64,000 nt of DNA, from the NCBI RefSeq assembly GCF_006345805.1, contig NC_042997.1, forward strand, positions 114,390,001-114,454,000, read 5' to 3'. This document shows, in pieces, positions 1 to 12,930 of this stretch. The stretch comes from Octopus sinensis. Taxonomy: Eukaryota. Under the pieces are notes generated by a model. That model did no database searches, had not been told where the DNA came from, and worked only from the letters and a program-made list of their open reading frames with translations. The position numbers and the translations under genes were made by a program. Position 1 is the first letter of the stretch, and the number at the start of each line of letters is the position of its first letter.

Positions 1-1143
1 TTTCGACACATCCTGCATCCATCCCTCACAAGTGGGAAACTGTACAACTAGTTGTATTCCATTTTCTATCTATCATTTGTTGCATACTCAACATACACTG
101 AGGAATTCCTGAGGTAGATCCACCAACAATTGTTTAATTACCATAGATGGTGCAGCCTTCTGGCTCGCCAGTCCTCAATCAAACCATCAAACCCATGCCA
201 GCATGGAAAGCGAACATTAAACGACGATGATGATGACATCAGGTAGCCATAAGCAGTGTACCTGCTTTATCAGTATACTACTAGGAACATACCCAACACG
301 TGTGTGTGTGTGTGCATATACTTACATATATGATGGATTTCTTTCAGTTTCTGTTCACCAAATCCGTTCACAAAGTTTTGCTCAGCCCAAGACTATGATA
401 GAAGAAACTTGCACAAGTGCCATTGGCCTCAAAACCATGTAGTTGGGAAGCTTCTTAACCACATAGCCACACCTGCATCAACATGTGTGTATGTGAAATA
501 CCAACACATCTATCGTGTGTGTGTGTGTTTTGAAGAGAGTAGTCAATAACACAGACCCTCGTAATATCCTGAGAGCTAGCTGGTTAGCTATCAATTGTAT
601 AAAGTGTGTTTCCTTAGTTAAACAAATAACAAGAAATAGAGTGGAATGCTCTACTGCAGTTAAAGATATGGTTTGACGAATGTTTCCTTGTTTTATAGGT
701 TGAGTAACATTAGAGAATAGTATAATAGGGGATTGAAAAGGTCAGAAGCTATGTTAGATGTGAAGGTTGAATATATAGGTTTTTTTCAATTTTTTTCTTT
801 GAATAAATTTTTGGTTTTTCTATTATTTAGCACCTTACAAGATATGTGGACATATTACACACACCCTAATTTCAGCAATGAATATCCAGGTAAACGTTTT
901 TAGTGCAGTAAAGCATGTATTATAGGCTGCACTTTGCATATAGGACTCAAGGTGATTTTTTTGACAAAAAAAGTGCATTTTATATGCTGCCAAATATGGC
1001 ACTATATTTTATCCATTTAGAGCAGTGGTTCTCAACCAGGATTCAGATGGCCTTAGGGAACCCATATAAGATTTTATTGTTAAAATGTATCTGCAATAAA
1101 TTACTTATACATCTACAATACACAAAATATTAAAATTTTTTTT

Positions 1144-1530
1144 ATAGGCACAGGTATGACTGTGTGGTAGGAAGCTTGCTTTCCAATCACATGGTTCTGG
1201 GTTCAGTTCCAGTGTGGAACCTTGGGCAAGTGTTTTCTGCCAAAGCTTCAGGCCAAGTAAAGCCTTGTGAGTTAATTTGGTAGATGGAAACTGAAAGAAA
1301 CCCATCATATATATGTATATATGTGTGTGTGTGTTTTGTTCCCCCTACTCCCACTTGACAACCAGTGTTGGTGTGTTTATATCCCCATAACCTAGTGGTT
1401 CAGCAAAAGAGACCAATAGAATAAGTACCAGACTTAAAAATGTCCTGGGGTTGATCTGTTCAACTAAAACCCTTCAAGGTGGTGCTCCAGCATGGCTACA
1501 GTCAAATGACAGAAACAAGTAAAAGATAGA
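1144..1530 (+). mobile_element. SINE family A (tRNA-like head, internal (TA)(TG) tract), full length
   Basis: Head ...tgtgtggtag...gggttcagttcc, ccttgggcaagtg core, tail ccagcatggc..cagtcaaatgac.gaaacaagtaaaaga; many dispersed copies in the window. Confidence 0.9.
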
Positions 1531-2570
1531 AGATATACTGAATGGCTATGGAGGTCCAGTGGAGTAAGATAGGAATCAAAGGGGTTGATAGGCAAAAGAC
1601 AGTAGAGTTTTGTCTAGCTTAAGCACCAATGTAATCTAATCTGTAGTTTCCAATGGTAATTCGCTGTATTAGTAAGAATAGCTAATTATGTTTGTTAGAG
1701 TTTCCCATTTGCCATTTTAAATGTTTTAAACGTGATATTGCAGGGATCTAAAGCACATGAAGTGCTTAGATGTTGTTTCTTTTATTTATCTTAGCTGGGG
1801 ATGGCTTCTGTTTAGTCCTAGCCCAGCCTTGACAAACTACTTGGCCCTTTTAATTGTGTTTATAATGTCAATGTTTTCTTGATGTGGTTTGAGATAATAT
1901 ATAGTAGTTGCTTGTATGTATATGGTATGGTACTATAATCACGCAGTATGGTATCGTGAATGAGAGAGAGTGTGTGTGTGTGTGTGTGCATGCGTGAGAG
2001 AGAGAGAGAGAGTTTGATAAACAGTTATAGCTGTTATTAAAGTTGTATTTACATTGACAACCAATAACAGCTATAAAACTCTGTAGATGGAAGCTTCCTG
2101 GAGACGCAGCCTTCAGCATGGTTTGAGGAGTTACAACTTTTATGAGAAAGTAATAATAAATGTACTCGGTGAAGGGAACACCGGCACTTTTTACACTGTC
2201 CATTAAGGGCTGATAAGTGAGGGAGTGGAAGAGGGTGGAGGAGAAAGAGAGGGATGCAGAATGGAGAGGAGTTGAATGGGGAGGCAATATGAGTGAAAGA
2301 GGGAAGTAGTGTAGGATACAGGGAGGGGAGAAGAGAAAGGATTTACAGAGTCACAGTCATAAGAGGAAGGTAGTCAACAGAGATTATGAAACAGAGAGAG
2401 GGAGAGAGAGAAAAGGAATCTGACAGGGAAACATTGTTTGCCCACTATATGTAGGGGGATGGGAGGTAACGATGCGATTAACTTTTAAGATGACAAGTGT
2501 TACAAAAAGCAATAATTATGAACTTTGAAATAAGTAGCAAGCAAGCTAAAAAAATGACCCATTATCTTTT

Positions 2571-2680
2571 TGCTTTGTCTCTGAAGAGTGGAATGCAGTC
2601 ATATGAATGCTATCACAAACGTCCATATGTTCGAGAAAATAATAAACTGAGTAAATAAATAATCTAAATGAAAAATTAAT
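2571..2680 (+). mobile_element. Degenerate Penelope-like terminal remnant with a broken hammerhead-like motif
   Basis: CUGAAGA (2581-2587), imperfect hairpin GUG...CAC, then AAACGUC (G12 missing) and an AATAAA-rich tail. Stem I is not recoverable. Confidence 0.35.
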
Positions 2681-2825
2681 TCAAAAAATAGGATTTAAAC
2701 ACTGGAAGATTTATTGCTTGGTTGAACATTTAAATAAATGCACAAGTCACATACACAGCAAAAGACCCCAAAAATAAAAATAAAAAACATTGTAATTCTT
2801 ATATACTTATAGACTACAAGTAAAG

Positions 2826-3090
2826 AAATAGGTGCAGGTGTGGTAAGAAGCTTCCTTTCCAACCACATGGTCCCAGGTTCAGTCCCACTGTGTGGTACCT
2901 TGAGCAAGTGTCTTTTACTATAGCATCAGGTTGACTAAAGCTTTGAAAGTGGATTTGTTAGATGAAAACTGAAAGAATCCATTGTATATGTTTATAGATA
3001 TAATAGGTGTATATGTGCATCTGTGTTTGTTCCTCATCATCATATGACAACCAGTGTTGGTTTGTTTACATCCTTGAAAGTGGTTTGGCA
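2826..3090 (+). mobile_element. SINE family A, 3'-truncated
   Basis: Head and core colinear with 1144. Other partial copies at about 327-480 (-), 5668-5852 (-), 26158-26300 (+), 46455-46580 (-), 47395-47830 (+) and 57310-57640 (-). Confidence 0.8.
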
Positions 3091-4276
3091 AAAAAGCCAC
3101 AACACAAATATATGTGAATCAGAATTGGGCCCCTAGACCCGTGGAGCCCCTGGGCAACTTACAGTGGCCTCTGCTCCATAGAGCTGGCTGTCCTCATATT
3201 ACCTCCATTCAGGCAGTCTGAACTTGTCACTCCACATTTCATTCCCCAAGCATATACTAACTACTGTAAACCACACCTTCCATACCCAGTACCTATTTTA
3301 TCTTCTCACATTCCTCACACTAAATACTTAATATTGTTTGTTTTTTCTCTGATATTTCCAGTGTGTCCACACTCAGTAAAAAATACTCTGTCCACTCTTA
3401 AAACTGCATCATTCTGAAACTCCAATCTCATCAACATTAAATATAGCTTACAAATATTCAAATTGAAAATTGAAAACACTAACCTAGTCTATCCCTTTAA
3501 GATTTTATAGGCTATTATTCTCATATATTAATAAAATACATAAAAAGATAAACACGTGATTAATAATGAATGTAACCAGGGAAAATAATTTCTTTTCTTT
3601 TCATTAAATATATGATTAACAAAATATAGATAATTATAACTGAGCCATTTAAAATATAATTCATGGTCAAGTGTGATGTGAGATAATGAGGAAGCCTCTA
3701 TATAGGTTGCCTGACCTTCTAGATTTAGCAGCCAAATCTCCCTTCTCACTCAAAAAGGGAAGGACACAATAATATAATCTTAGACATAGTATAACTGAAT
3801 GCTTTGATCACAGCTGGAGCATCTTTGAACATAGGTTGCAGGTATTGACTTGCATATAATCAAGCTAGGTATTTGCTACATCAATGTCACTTGACAGGGA
3901 GGACCTACTGAAGTTGTAGTCACTGACCCTCTTACCCTTCACTAATACACTGAAAAAAAAAAAAGTATTCTGACAGTTTCATTTATATTCTTACAACCCT
4001 TCTCCACCATGTTTCTTAAATCACAATGTATGGAGTAGGTCAGCCTCTGTGTGTGAATAAATAATAAAATGAAAATTGGATGCCATCTTTGCACAGTCTT
4101 ACAAGTTAGACTAGACTTCCTTTTTAATCATAAACAATATTTTAACGTTTTTGTATTATTCTGTCTTTTGGCTCAGAATATTCTCATCTCAAGATATTTA
4201 GAGTACTTCATAGACATATATTCACACATCTATACAACTTTTATTGCACTTTTCAATTTCAGCATATTCTATATAT

Positions 4277-4426
4277 ATAGGAGTGACTGTGTGGTAAGTA
4301 GCTTGCTTATGAACCACATGGTTCCAGGTTCAGTCCCACTGCATGGCACCTTGGGCAAGTGCCTTCTACTATGGCCTTGGGCCAAACAAAAACTTGTGAG
4401 TGGATTTGGTAGACAGAAACTGAATA

Positions 4427-4461
<35 letters not shown>

Positions 4462-4720
4462 GTGCGTGTGTGTGTGTGTGTGTATATATATATGTGTGTG
4501 TGTGTGTGTATATATATGTATGTATGTATGTGTGTGTATGTGTTTGTCACACCCCCCAACATCGCTTGACAACCAATGCTAGTGTGTTCAGCAAAAGAGA
4601 TTGATAGAATAAGTACTAGGCTTACAAAGAATAAGTCCTAGGGTTGATGTGCTCAACTAAAGTGGTACTCCAGCATGGCCAGAGTCAAATGACTGAAACA
4701 AGTAAAAGAGTAAAAGAAAA
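4277..4720 (+). mobile_element. SINE family A with an expanded internal microsatellite
   Basis: Same head, core and tail as 1144; internal (TG)/(TA) tract about 120 bp (4426-4545). Confidence 0.9.
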
Positions 4721-4722
4721 GA

Positions 4723-4761
<39 letters not shown>

Positions 4762-4827
4762 TAGTAATGATATGACAACAAAAGAATGAATGAGACCTCG
4801 ATATTATGTAAATAGAGGAATTCATCT

Positions 4828-5002
4828 GTAATATAATATGTGACAATTATTCGGTTGCCATAATAAAACTGAGTTTCGGATGTCAGGGCGGAAATCTGCT
4901 CCAGCATCTCGTCAAGATGAGATGCCTGCAAGATTTCCACCCTGACATCTGAAACTCGGAGTTTTATTATGGCAACCGAATAATTGGCACATATTATATT
5001 AC
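4828..5002. repeat. About 175-bp near-perfect palindrome (fold-back)
   Basis: Arms 4828-4913 and 4916-5002 are reverse complements around a 2-nt centre, with a few substitutions and one small indel. Microsatellites lie on both sides. Confidence 0.9.
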
Positions 5003-5016
5003 ACACACACACACAC

Positions 5017-5074
<58 letters not shown>

Positions 5075-5634
5075 GAGAGAGAGACAGACAGACATCATCA
5101 TCACCATTTACAATCAGTTTTCCATGCTGGCATGGGTTGGACAGTTTAACTGAGGACTGGCAAGCCAGTAGGCTGCACCAGGCTCTAATCTGATCTGGTA
5201 AGATTTCTACATCTGGATGCCCTTCGTAATGCCAACTACTCTGAGTGGGTACTTTTTACATGCCATTTATATATATATAAATATAAAGCAAGACCTTCCC
5301 AACCTTATTGGTTTTAAAAACAAAATAAATTGAGTCTACCTACATTTTCCAAACCCTCCTATATCAATATTATATATTCAGTTTATACTTACTATTCCAT
5401 ATTCCAAGTATTAATCTGTGTATAAATAGAAGTAATTAAAATGGTCGGCATCAGAAAGGGCATCTAACACCAAAACACTTCTCTAAACTCATACCAGCAT
5501 GAAGAAGAAATTATGAAAACAACAATGATGATATTGAAAACAACAATGATGATATTGATAACCTGAATATAGCAACAGTCCATTTTGATATCATCTACTA
5601 TCATAATACCACCCTATAATTAGACATATAACAC

Positions 5635-5669
<35 letters not shown>

Positions 5670-7233
5670 TTTTATTCTTTTACTTGTTTCAGTCATTTGA
5701 CTGCGGCCATGCTGGAGTACCACCTTTTAGTCAAACAAATCGACCTCAGTACTTATTCTTTTTAAACCTAGTACTTATTCTATTGTTCTCTTATGCTGAA
5801 CCGCTAAATTACGGGGACATAAACACACCAGCACTGCTTGTCAAGTGATGGTCGTTGACTCTTGAAGAGATTGCAAGAAGCAACAAAAATTTTCGAAAAA
5901 GTAAATAAGTAATTGAATGTAAATCGAACCGGTGAGTGTGTTAATTAATAAGGCATTAAAACAGAATGACTCTGCCCTCGACACAATAAAATATGCTTCA
6001 ACACACAAACTCGCATAAAGAATCTTACAAACCAAATACAAAAACGAAATATATGTACGAGTGTTCTATAATATAAACTTGGAGTATATTTTTTTGTTCT
6101 GAAGAAAAAAACCTCAGAGGAAATGTTTAGCTTAAGTTCTCTTTAATTTCTAATACATATTTTTTTACACTTTTTGTTAGTTGTGAGCTGTTTCGTAACC
6201 AGGAACCTAAACAGCAGTATAAAATTAGACATCATAGGGGAGATAACTCTTAAGACCTTAACATGCAACAGAAAGGAGAATGTGAGAGTAATTAAATCGG
6301 TTTCAGTCGGTTGTCTTTAGGTATATATTAGGTAGAAATCAGGAATTCTTTCTAGTAAAATATTATATAAACCAATTGTAATAGAATGGTAATCAATAGA
6401 ATAGATAATTATATGTATTAAAAAAATATATAAATTTCAACAAACTGATATTTCTAATAATTTTTGAAGAGTTAAGTCAGTTATTTTAAATATAAATGCA
6501 ATTGACAACTTTTGTATTTTTTCCCAATAAATATATTTAACAGATTATAGATATTTACATTTTAGCCACATGTTAGCCACACACAAGTGAAAAACAAATG
6601 AGATCTATGAGAAAATAGTATTTGTACAAAGATAACAACAGTAAACTCCCACCTATGCAGTAACCACTGGGACCAAAGGATTGCCAAGTAAATGAATCTT
6701 TTGGATATCTGATCATCACTTTAAATTAGTTTAGCACATTACGAAACTCATTAAGACTATATATATATAAATGGGATAATTATCCCCTTATACAGCACAA
6801 CTAATTAGCATTCTAATAGAGCTATCTACTCAATATTTCAAAACATCAGAATACTCCACAGCATACATAGGTGCATTCATATACACAAGATATAATGCAA
6901 AGATATATAGATATATATATCAATACATAAATGTACTTGCGAGGTTGTATGTCTGTATTAAAATCAATGAGGATATTAAAATATGTGGATGGTGAATGTA
7001 CAGCAGTAATCCAAACAGATGAGAAATTTGGTATGATTTTAAAATGAATCTTGAGCAGGTGCAGAGTTTGATGGCCATTTTGAGAAGATATAGGTTGGTA
7101 CGGGTGAGTTAATTCCAACTATAACAATCATCTATATTTCTCTCATCAGAGTTAATCTAAAGGATTTATAAAAAAAGTTATCTAAACCTTAAAGTTTTAC
7201 CCTGTGTGTGTGTGTGTGTGTATGTATGCAAAG

Positions 7234-7288
<55 letters not shown>

Positions 7289-8739
7289 GTATTATTATTA
7301 ATATTCTGAATATAGTAGAAATGAGATTTACCATTATGTATTTTGTGCATTAAGTTCAACTGCATATTAATCTAGTAATTTGCACAATACTCATTGACTA
7401 ACTCATTTTGTTTGCTGATGTTTAAATAAAATTTTAATAATTTTATATTTTGCTAAATTTACCTGTAATTAGATTCACTTTCAGACATAAATTATGAAAC
7501 AAATTTGGTTAAGAACCCTTTTCTTTTTTTTTTTTTTATCAGTTTCAGCTCAAAGCTATGGCCATGCTGGAACACTGCCGTTTTACTACACCATTATTAT
7601 TGAGGGCCTCCTCTAATATGTGGCATTTGGTGAATAAGGAAATTTGATGCTGCAACCGTCATTTGCACCTCCTGCTGTGAGGTAGGTTCATTTGGGACTC
7701 GACGGAAAGCGCTCCAGTTTTGATTTGAAAACACCTACATCAACTTTGTGTAGGTACCTCAGGCTCTTTGGGAGAATATTAAAAAGCTTTGTTAAATTAT
7801 GTTCCAAAAAATCACAAAATGTTGAATAAGCAAGTTAGAGCTGTTTTAATAAACCAGTCTAAATGATTATTTTAGAATTTGAAATGGCTAATAACTAAAA
7901 ACAAATTATATTTTATTTCTAATTGAAACGAATTCATAATTAATAAAAGTATTTTAAAATGGCCATTTAGTTCACTTCAAAATATAAAGGCTGGTGATAT
8001 TTTCTTTGTAGTAACTTTGATATGAGTTAGGCAGGGAAGATTTTCACATGGATTGAGTCAGAAAAGTTATTTCCCTTGTATAAAGAATAATCTTTTAATG
8101 CAGAGCGTATAAATGGAGAAATCATTCTCTAATAGGATACCTTAACAGACAAGAGCCATTTACACATACAAATGTGCAGGAATATGATAAGAATGAACGC
8201 ACACATCCATATTCTGTTTTTGACTCCTTTTAAAAAGGTCGCTGCTTCCAGGGTCCTGTCTTTTTAGTCGTATGCATATATCCAAAGATTAAAGGTTTCT
8301 CTTTCGTTTTTCAGAGTACATCGCATTGACAATAAACGATCAACGAATTGATAGATATGGTCTGCTTTAACTGTAGCCGCGGGCAGATTGCATGTTAAAG
8401 CTAAATGCATCAGGTTAGCTTTTAAATGTTCCAGGAGGGAAATTTTGGTCATGTTTCGTAATCCTCTTCGAGAAACTTGTAACAACCAAAATGGTATAAA
8501 GGTTGGTGTAAGAGTTCGAGGAAGGGAGTTTAGGACCTGATAGTACCTCCCATTCTACTTATTTCCTTTCTTGTATAAGGGTTCATAAAAAGATTTTCAA
8601 GAATCTTCTACATATAAAGTATGGCATACAATTTTTTGCAGGCTTTCCAAAGAGTAGAGACGCAATACACAGAGGCGTTCCCAGTAAAGGGTCCTTGATT
8701 TTGCTTTTTTTTTTTTTTTTCAAAATTTATTAAGACAAC

Positions 8740-8925
8740 AAGCTGGCAGAATCGTTAGCACGACGGGGAAAAAATGCTTAGCAGCATTTCTTCTGGCTTT
8801 ATGCTTTGAGTTCAAATACGCCGAGGTCAACTTTACCTTTCGACGAAATAAGTACCACTTGAGTGGTAAGTGGCTCCCGTCTCCCCTATCAAAATCGCTG
8901 GTATGGTGTCAAAACTTTGAATTAT
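8740..8925 (+). mobile_element. SINE family C
   Basis: agctggcagaatcgttagc head and gagttcaaat B-box-like motif. Related copies at about 37205-37410 (+), 46030-46225 (-), 50225-50640 (-) and 51170-51290 (+). Confidence 0.75.
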
Positions 8926-9200
8926 TATTATTAGTAGTATTATAATGAAATTATTGTGTATAGTGCTCAGGTGCACTACAACTCATCAAAGGTGCATGTA
9001 TAGTAAATAGAATTACGTACAAAATACAGGAAAGTGAACAGTGTATGAGTCATGTTATATATGTGTGCATGCGTATGAAGGTGTAGTGTTGGTGAATTTC
9101 AGGTAGCATGGAGGTTTTAAAGGATGCAACTGATGCAGGTAATTTGTTCCATGCTTCAGCAACTCTGAGTGTGAAAAAATGTTTGAAATTCTTATTATTT
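8922..9200 (-). mobile_element. 3' end of the same CR1-group family
   Basis: FFTLRVAEAWNKLPAS motif, matching 3' UTR and (ATT)n tail on the minus strand. Confidence 0.85.
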
Positions 9201-9658
9201 GAATGCATTTTTACAATCTCTTGAATTAGTAAAACCTGGGCTGCTAAGAGACTACAGTCCTGAGTAATAATGCAACAAAACTGTTTTTGGAAGCCTTCAC
9301 CTGTGTGTGTGTGTGTGCGCGCGCGCACACATGCATGCATGTGCATGTGTACGTGAGTGTGCATGAATACATGCAAATGTTAACATTACAACTAGCTCCT
9401 CTGCACTTTCAATGAGTGGAATGAATAACAAAATCTACTCAAAAAACAGACACGGGTTGGCAACAGGAAATGCATCAGGCTACAAAATACTGCCTCGAAA
9501 TAAGCTGCTATCTAATCCATGCTAACATGAAAAACATGGATGTAAAATGAAACTGTTAAATTTGGTAATAGAAGAAAGCCAAAGATGAATGGAAACAAAA
9601 GAACTGAACACTGTCCATAGCCGATCAAATTGAAATTAACTAGAACACTATACAAGCT

Positions 9659-10029
9659 TTATTACGTCCGCCTTAGCGAAGGCGGCAGTATTGTTTTCAG
9701 TTGTGTTTATTTGTTTGTTTGTCCATGGACAAGATATCTTAAGAACTGCTGGAAGGATTCAGATGAAACCTTTAGGGATATTTGGCCTTGTGACTGGCAC
9801 AAACTGGTTAGATTTTGGGTTAAATCCAGTACCGGACGATTCTGAATTATTTTTCTGGTTTTTTCACTTAATTTTTGAGAGCGGTCAGGTTCATTTTTAG
9901 TATTCTCGTTTATGAGAGCAGTCTAGTTTATTTCAGATATTCTCATTTTAAAAATCATCTCCAGTTAATCATTGAAAGAACATTGGTGTTGCCTTGGTGG
10001 AGGTTTGCGCTCTCTGAGTGCTCTTGTTT
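9659..10029 (+). mobile_element. Helentron/HINE-like non-autonomous element
   Basis: 5' ttattacgt plus hairpin ccgcctt-agcg-aaggcgg (9668-9685), a (gttt)n tract, 3' ccttggtgg subTIR-like motif, then hairpin gcgctc-tct-gagtgc (10007-10021) and T-rich flanks. Confidence 0.65.
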
Positions 10030-11221
10030 AGCTTAGTTTTTTGTTTTTTTATTCAGATCCCACAACCTAACAGGCCTATAAAGTATATGGGCTCTATCAA
10101 CTCCCTCTGAAACAAAAAATATATATGAAAAAAAAGCAAAACAAAACAACATTCATACAACCAAACAAAGATGTTTTATTTATTCAGCTGTTGTTTGTTG
10201 TCCAGTGAAATCAGTAGATGCATCAAAAAACTAATTCAATATAACATAAGACATTATTTTGTTCTGCATGCCTCATGTATCACAAATAACAAATTTCACT
10301 GGGTTGTTATTCATTATAAGCATTGTTATTTGAGGAAATGGAGCATTACTTCGCATCAACAATATCCAAAGAAAAGTTGCCTAGCATGTATTTAAGTATA
10401 AAGTAAAACAAATGTTTATCTATCTATTTATTCTTTCATGGTATCTACTTATAAAAGAAATAAACTTAGGATTTCATTTAAGTTTTGAAATTTATTTTAC
10501 AGCTTTAGACCTTGGGAAATGATTTTTAGCAATATATATATATTTTATATTTACAATAAAGTTTAAAGTATGTTGGTAATAAGCTAACAACAGATATGTT
10601 TAGCATTTACATTAAAATTCATAAATAAATGTACATTAGAAAAGGGATATCTCAAATTTTCTCATTACAATGGATTAATCTGTAACGTTTAAATGATTTT
10701 GTTTTATATAGCTACATACAAGTGGCTAAATTTTCTCTTTTAGTATCTTTGTGAATGCACAAATGACCTCATAGATAAGTTACCAGACAACCAGCTGAAA
10801 GGTTGGCAGTTTATAGTGTGTCAATGGCCAAGAAAGAGACTCACCAATAGCCTCAGTCCACCTATCTTGAAATAGGTAATGTAGTGTTTTAAGAAATCCT
10901 CACACTAAGCAGAAGCAGTACTTTAAAGTGATTTATTAATTTGCAGTGCCGAGTTCAATTCCTTTTGGAATTATGAAAACATCACTCTAGTAACAAGAGA
11001 TTTCTCATTCATTTTGCCTTCACTTTTAACATCACATTTAAATTCAGACTGTTTATGGGCTGCAAGTGATAGCTGGTATGTCTCAACACTTTATTCCAAG
11101 TTAAACTGATGATACACAGACATTTGCTAGCAGGTGACTATCTTCCTCATCCATAGAAAACAGCTACCATGCTTATTTTTCAAAGAATCCACCTAATATT
11201 ATTCACTGGTTCACTTTTAAC

Positions 11222-12009
11222 AGGCATCTACCATACACTGAACTCCATGCTTCTCTGGGCATTAGATACATTGAAGCTCTGACGTCTGACAACTGACTTG
11301 GTAAACACTCACAAAATTATTAACTATTGTGCCAACAACAACCTTGAACACCTTTTTAAGTTCCATGTGTCTAACACATGTGGGCATGCCAATCATCATT
11401 GTTTAACGTCCGCTTTCCATGCTAGCATGGGTTGGACGGTTCAACTGGGGTCTGGGAAGCCTGAAGGCTGCACCAGGCCAGTCAGATCTGGCAGAGTTTC
11501 TACAGCTGGATGCCCTTCCTTATGCCAACCACTCCGTGAGTGTAGTGGGTGCTTTTTATATGCCACCAACACAGGTGCCAGACGAGGCTGGCGAACGGCC
11601 ACGCTCGGATGGTGTTTTTTACGTGCCACCAGCACGGAGGCCAGGTGAGGCTGGCACGGCCACGATCGGATGGTGTTTGTTACGTGCCCACAAAGTCATA
11701 AAATAGCACAGCTCCCATGACATTCAGAAACATTTTTTCACACTCAGAGTTGCTGAAGCATGGAACAAACTACCAGCATCAGTTGTTAACAGCTGATTCA
11801 TTGCATCCTTTAACACCTCCATGCTTCCTGAAACTCACCAACACTACACCTGATATCCCCACCTCCATACACATGCACACATATATATCATGACTCATAC
11901 ACTGTTCACTTTCTCATCTTTTATACATAATTCTATTTACTGTACATTCACCTTTAATGAGTTGTTGTGCACCTGAGCACTATACACGATAATTTCATTA
12001 TTATTATAA
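11222..12009 (+). mobile_element. CR1-group 3' fragment interrupted by an RTE-tail element
   Basis: Colinear with 53760-54250 on both sides of an opposite-strand insertion at about 11390-11689. Confidence 0.85.
11390..11689 (-). mobile_element. Short RTE-tail element (truncated LINE 3' UTR or tail-sharing SINE)
   Basis: Reverse complement of the 15050-15300 tail. Similar copies at about 145-237 (+), 5095-5265 (-), 15893-16160 (-), 32333-32725 (-), 37750-38050 (-), 50645-50860 (-) and 61470-61652 (+). Confidence 0.85.
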
Positions 12010-12697
12010 TGGAACCACCCTTTCAGAAACATTTTCTTTCATTTCTTGAAAGCAGGATTATTTAGCTGTAGAAATCTTGTCAAATCAGATCGTAACCTGG
12101 TACAGCTCCCCAGCTTACCAGTTTTCAGTCAAACCGTCCAACTCATAGCAGCATGGAAAGCAGATGATGATTCTATCTGACAATCCAAGAAGTGCAGTGA
12201 AATCAAATACCTATATCTTCACATCTTATGGAGAGAATTTATGTAGGGAACCATTTAAGTTACATTTTTATTTTAATTACAGCAACATACATGGCTTTAT
12301 TGAATCAATGATTCTCTCCTCTAAATTTGTGGCCTTCTGCCAATATAGGAGACCATTATTATTACACTAAAGAATTATAATAAATATTCAATACTGCTAG
12401 TGCTCCAATCATTTATAGTAGAAGCATTTTGGTAAAGCATAAAGGTTACACTTTTCAATTACCTCTGTTTGTGTAATACATAAAAGGAGTGTGGTGCTGC
12501 AGTAAAATCTCTGCAGTATATAATTAAGACCTACACTTTCTGAGTTCAAATTCTGCTAAGGTTGATAATATATAAATTGTGAGCAAGGACACAGTATTTC
12601 CCTTTGCAACCATAATATATTACCAAGTATATGAAAGGCTTGCAAGTCAATATTGCATCATATTTTTTTGTTAGCAGTGCAAAGTTCTCACCTTTAC

Positions 12698-12818
12698 GTT
12701 TGTCTCTATAGATTTTCTATAGAATTCAGAGCCAGCATCACAAGTTATGTTTCTTATACAAAGCATTGCAACTTGCAGTGCTGGTTCTGAATTCTTTAGA
12801 AAACCTATAGAGATAAAC
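12698..12818. repeat. Imperfect inverted repeat, 49-bp arms
   Basis: gtttgtctctatagattttctatagaattcagagccagcatcacaagtt versus the reverse complement of 12770-12818; most differences are transitions. Confidence 0.8.
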
Positions 12819-12830
12819 TTAAAAGTGTTA

Positions 12831-12930
<100 letters not shown>

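Noticed and set aside
4069-4572. 166-aa and overlapping ORFs
   Set aside because: They run through a SINE head and its TG/TA tract.
4860-4960. Hammerhead in the 4.9-kb palindrome (UUGACGA...CGAAACUC)
   Set aside because: C3 is absent, there is an extra base before GAAA, and no stem I pairing could be built.
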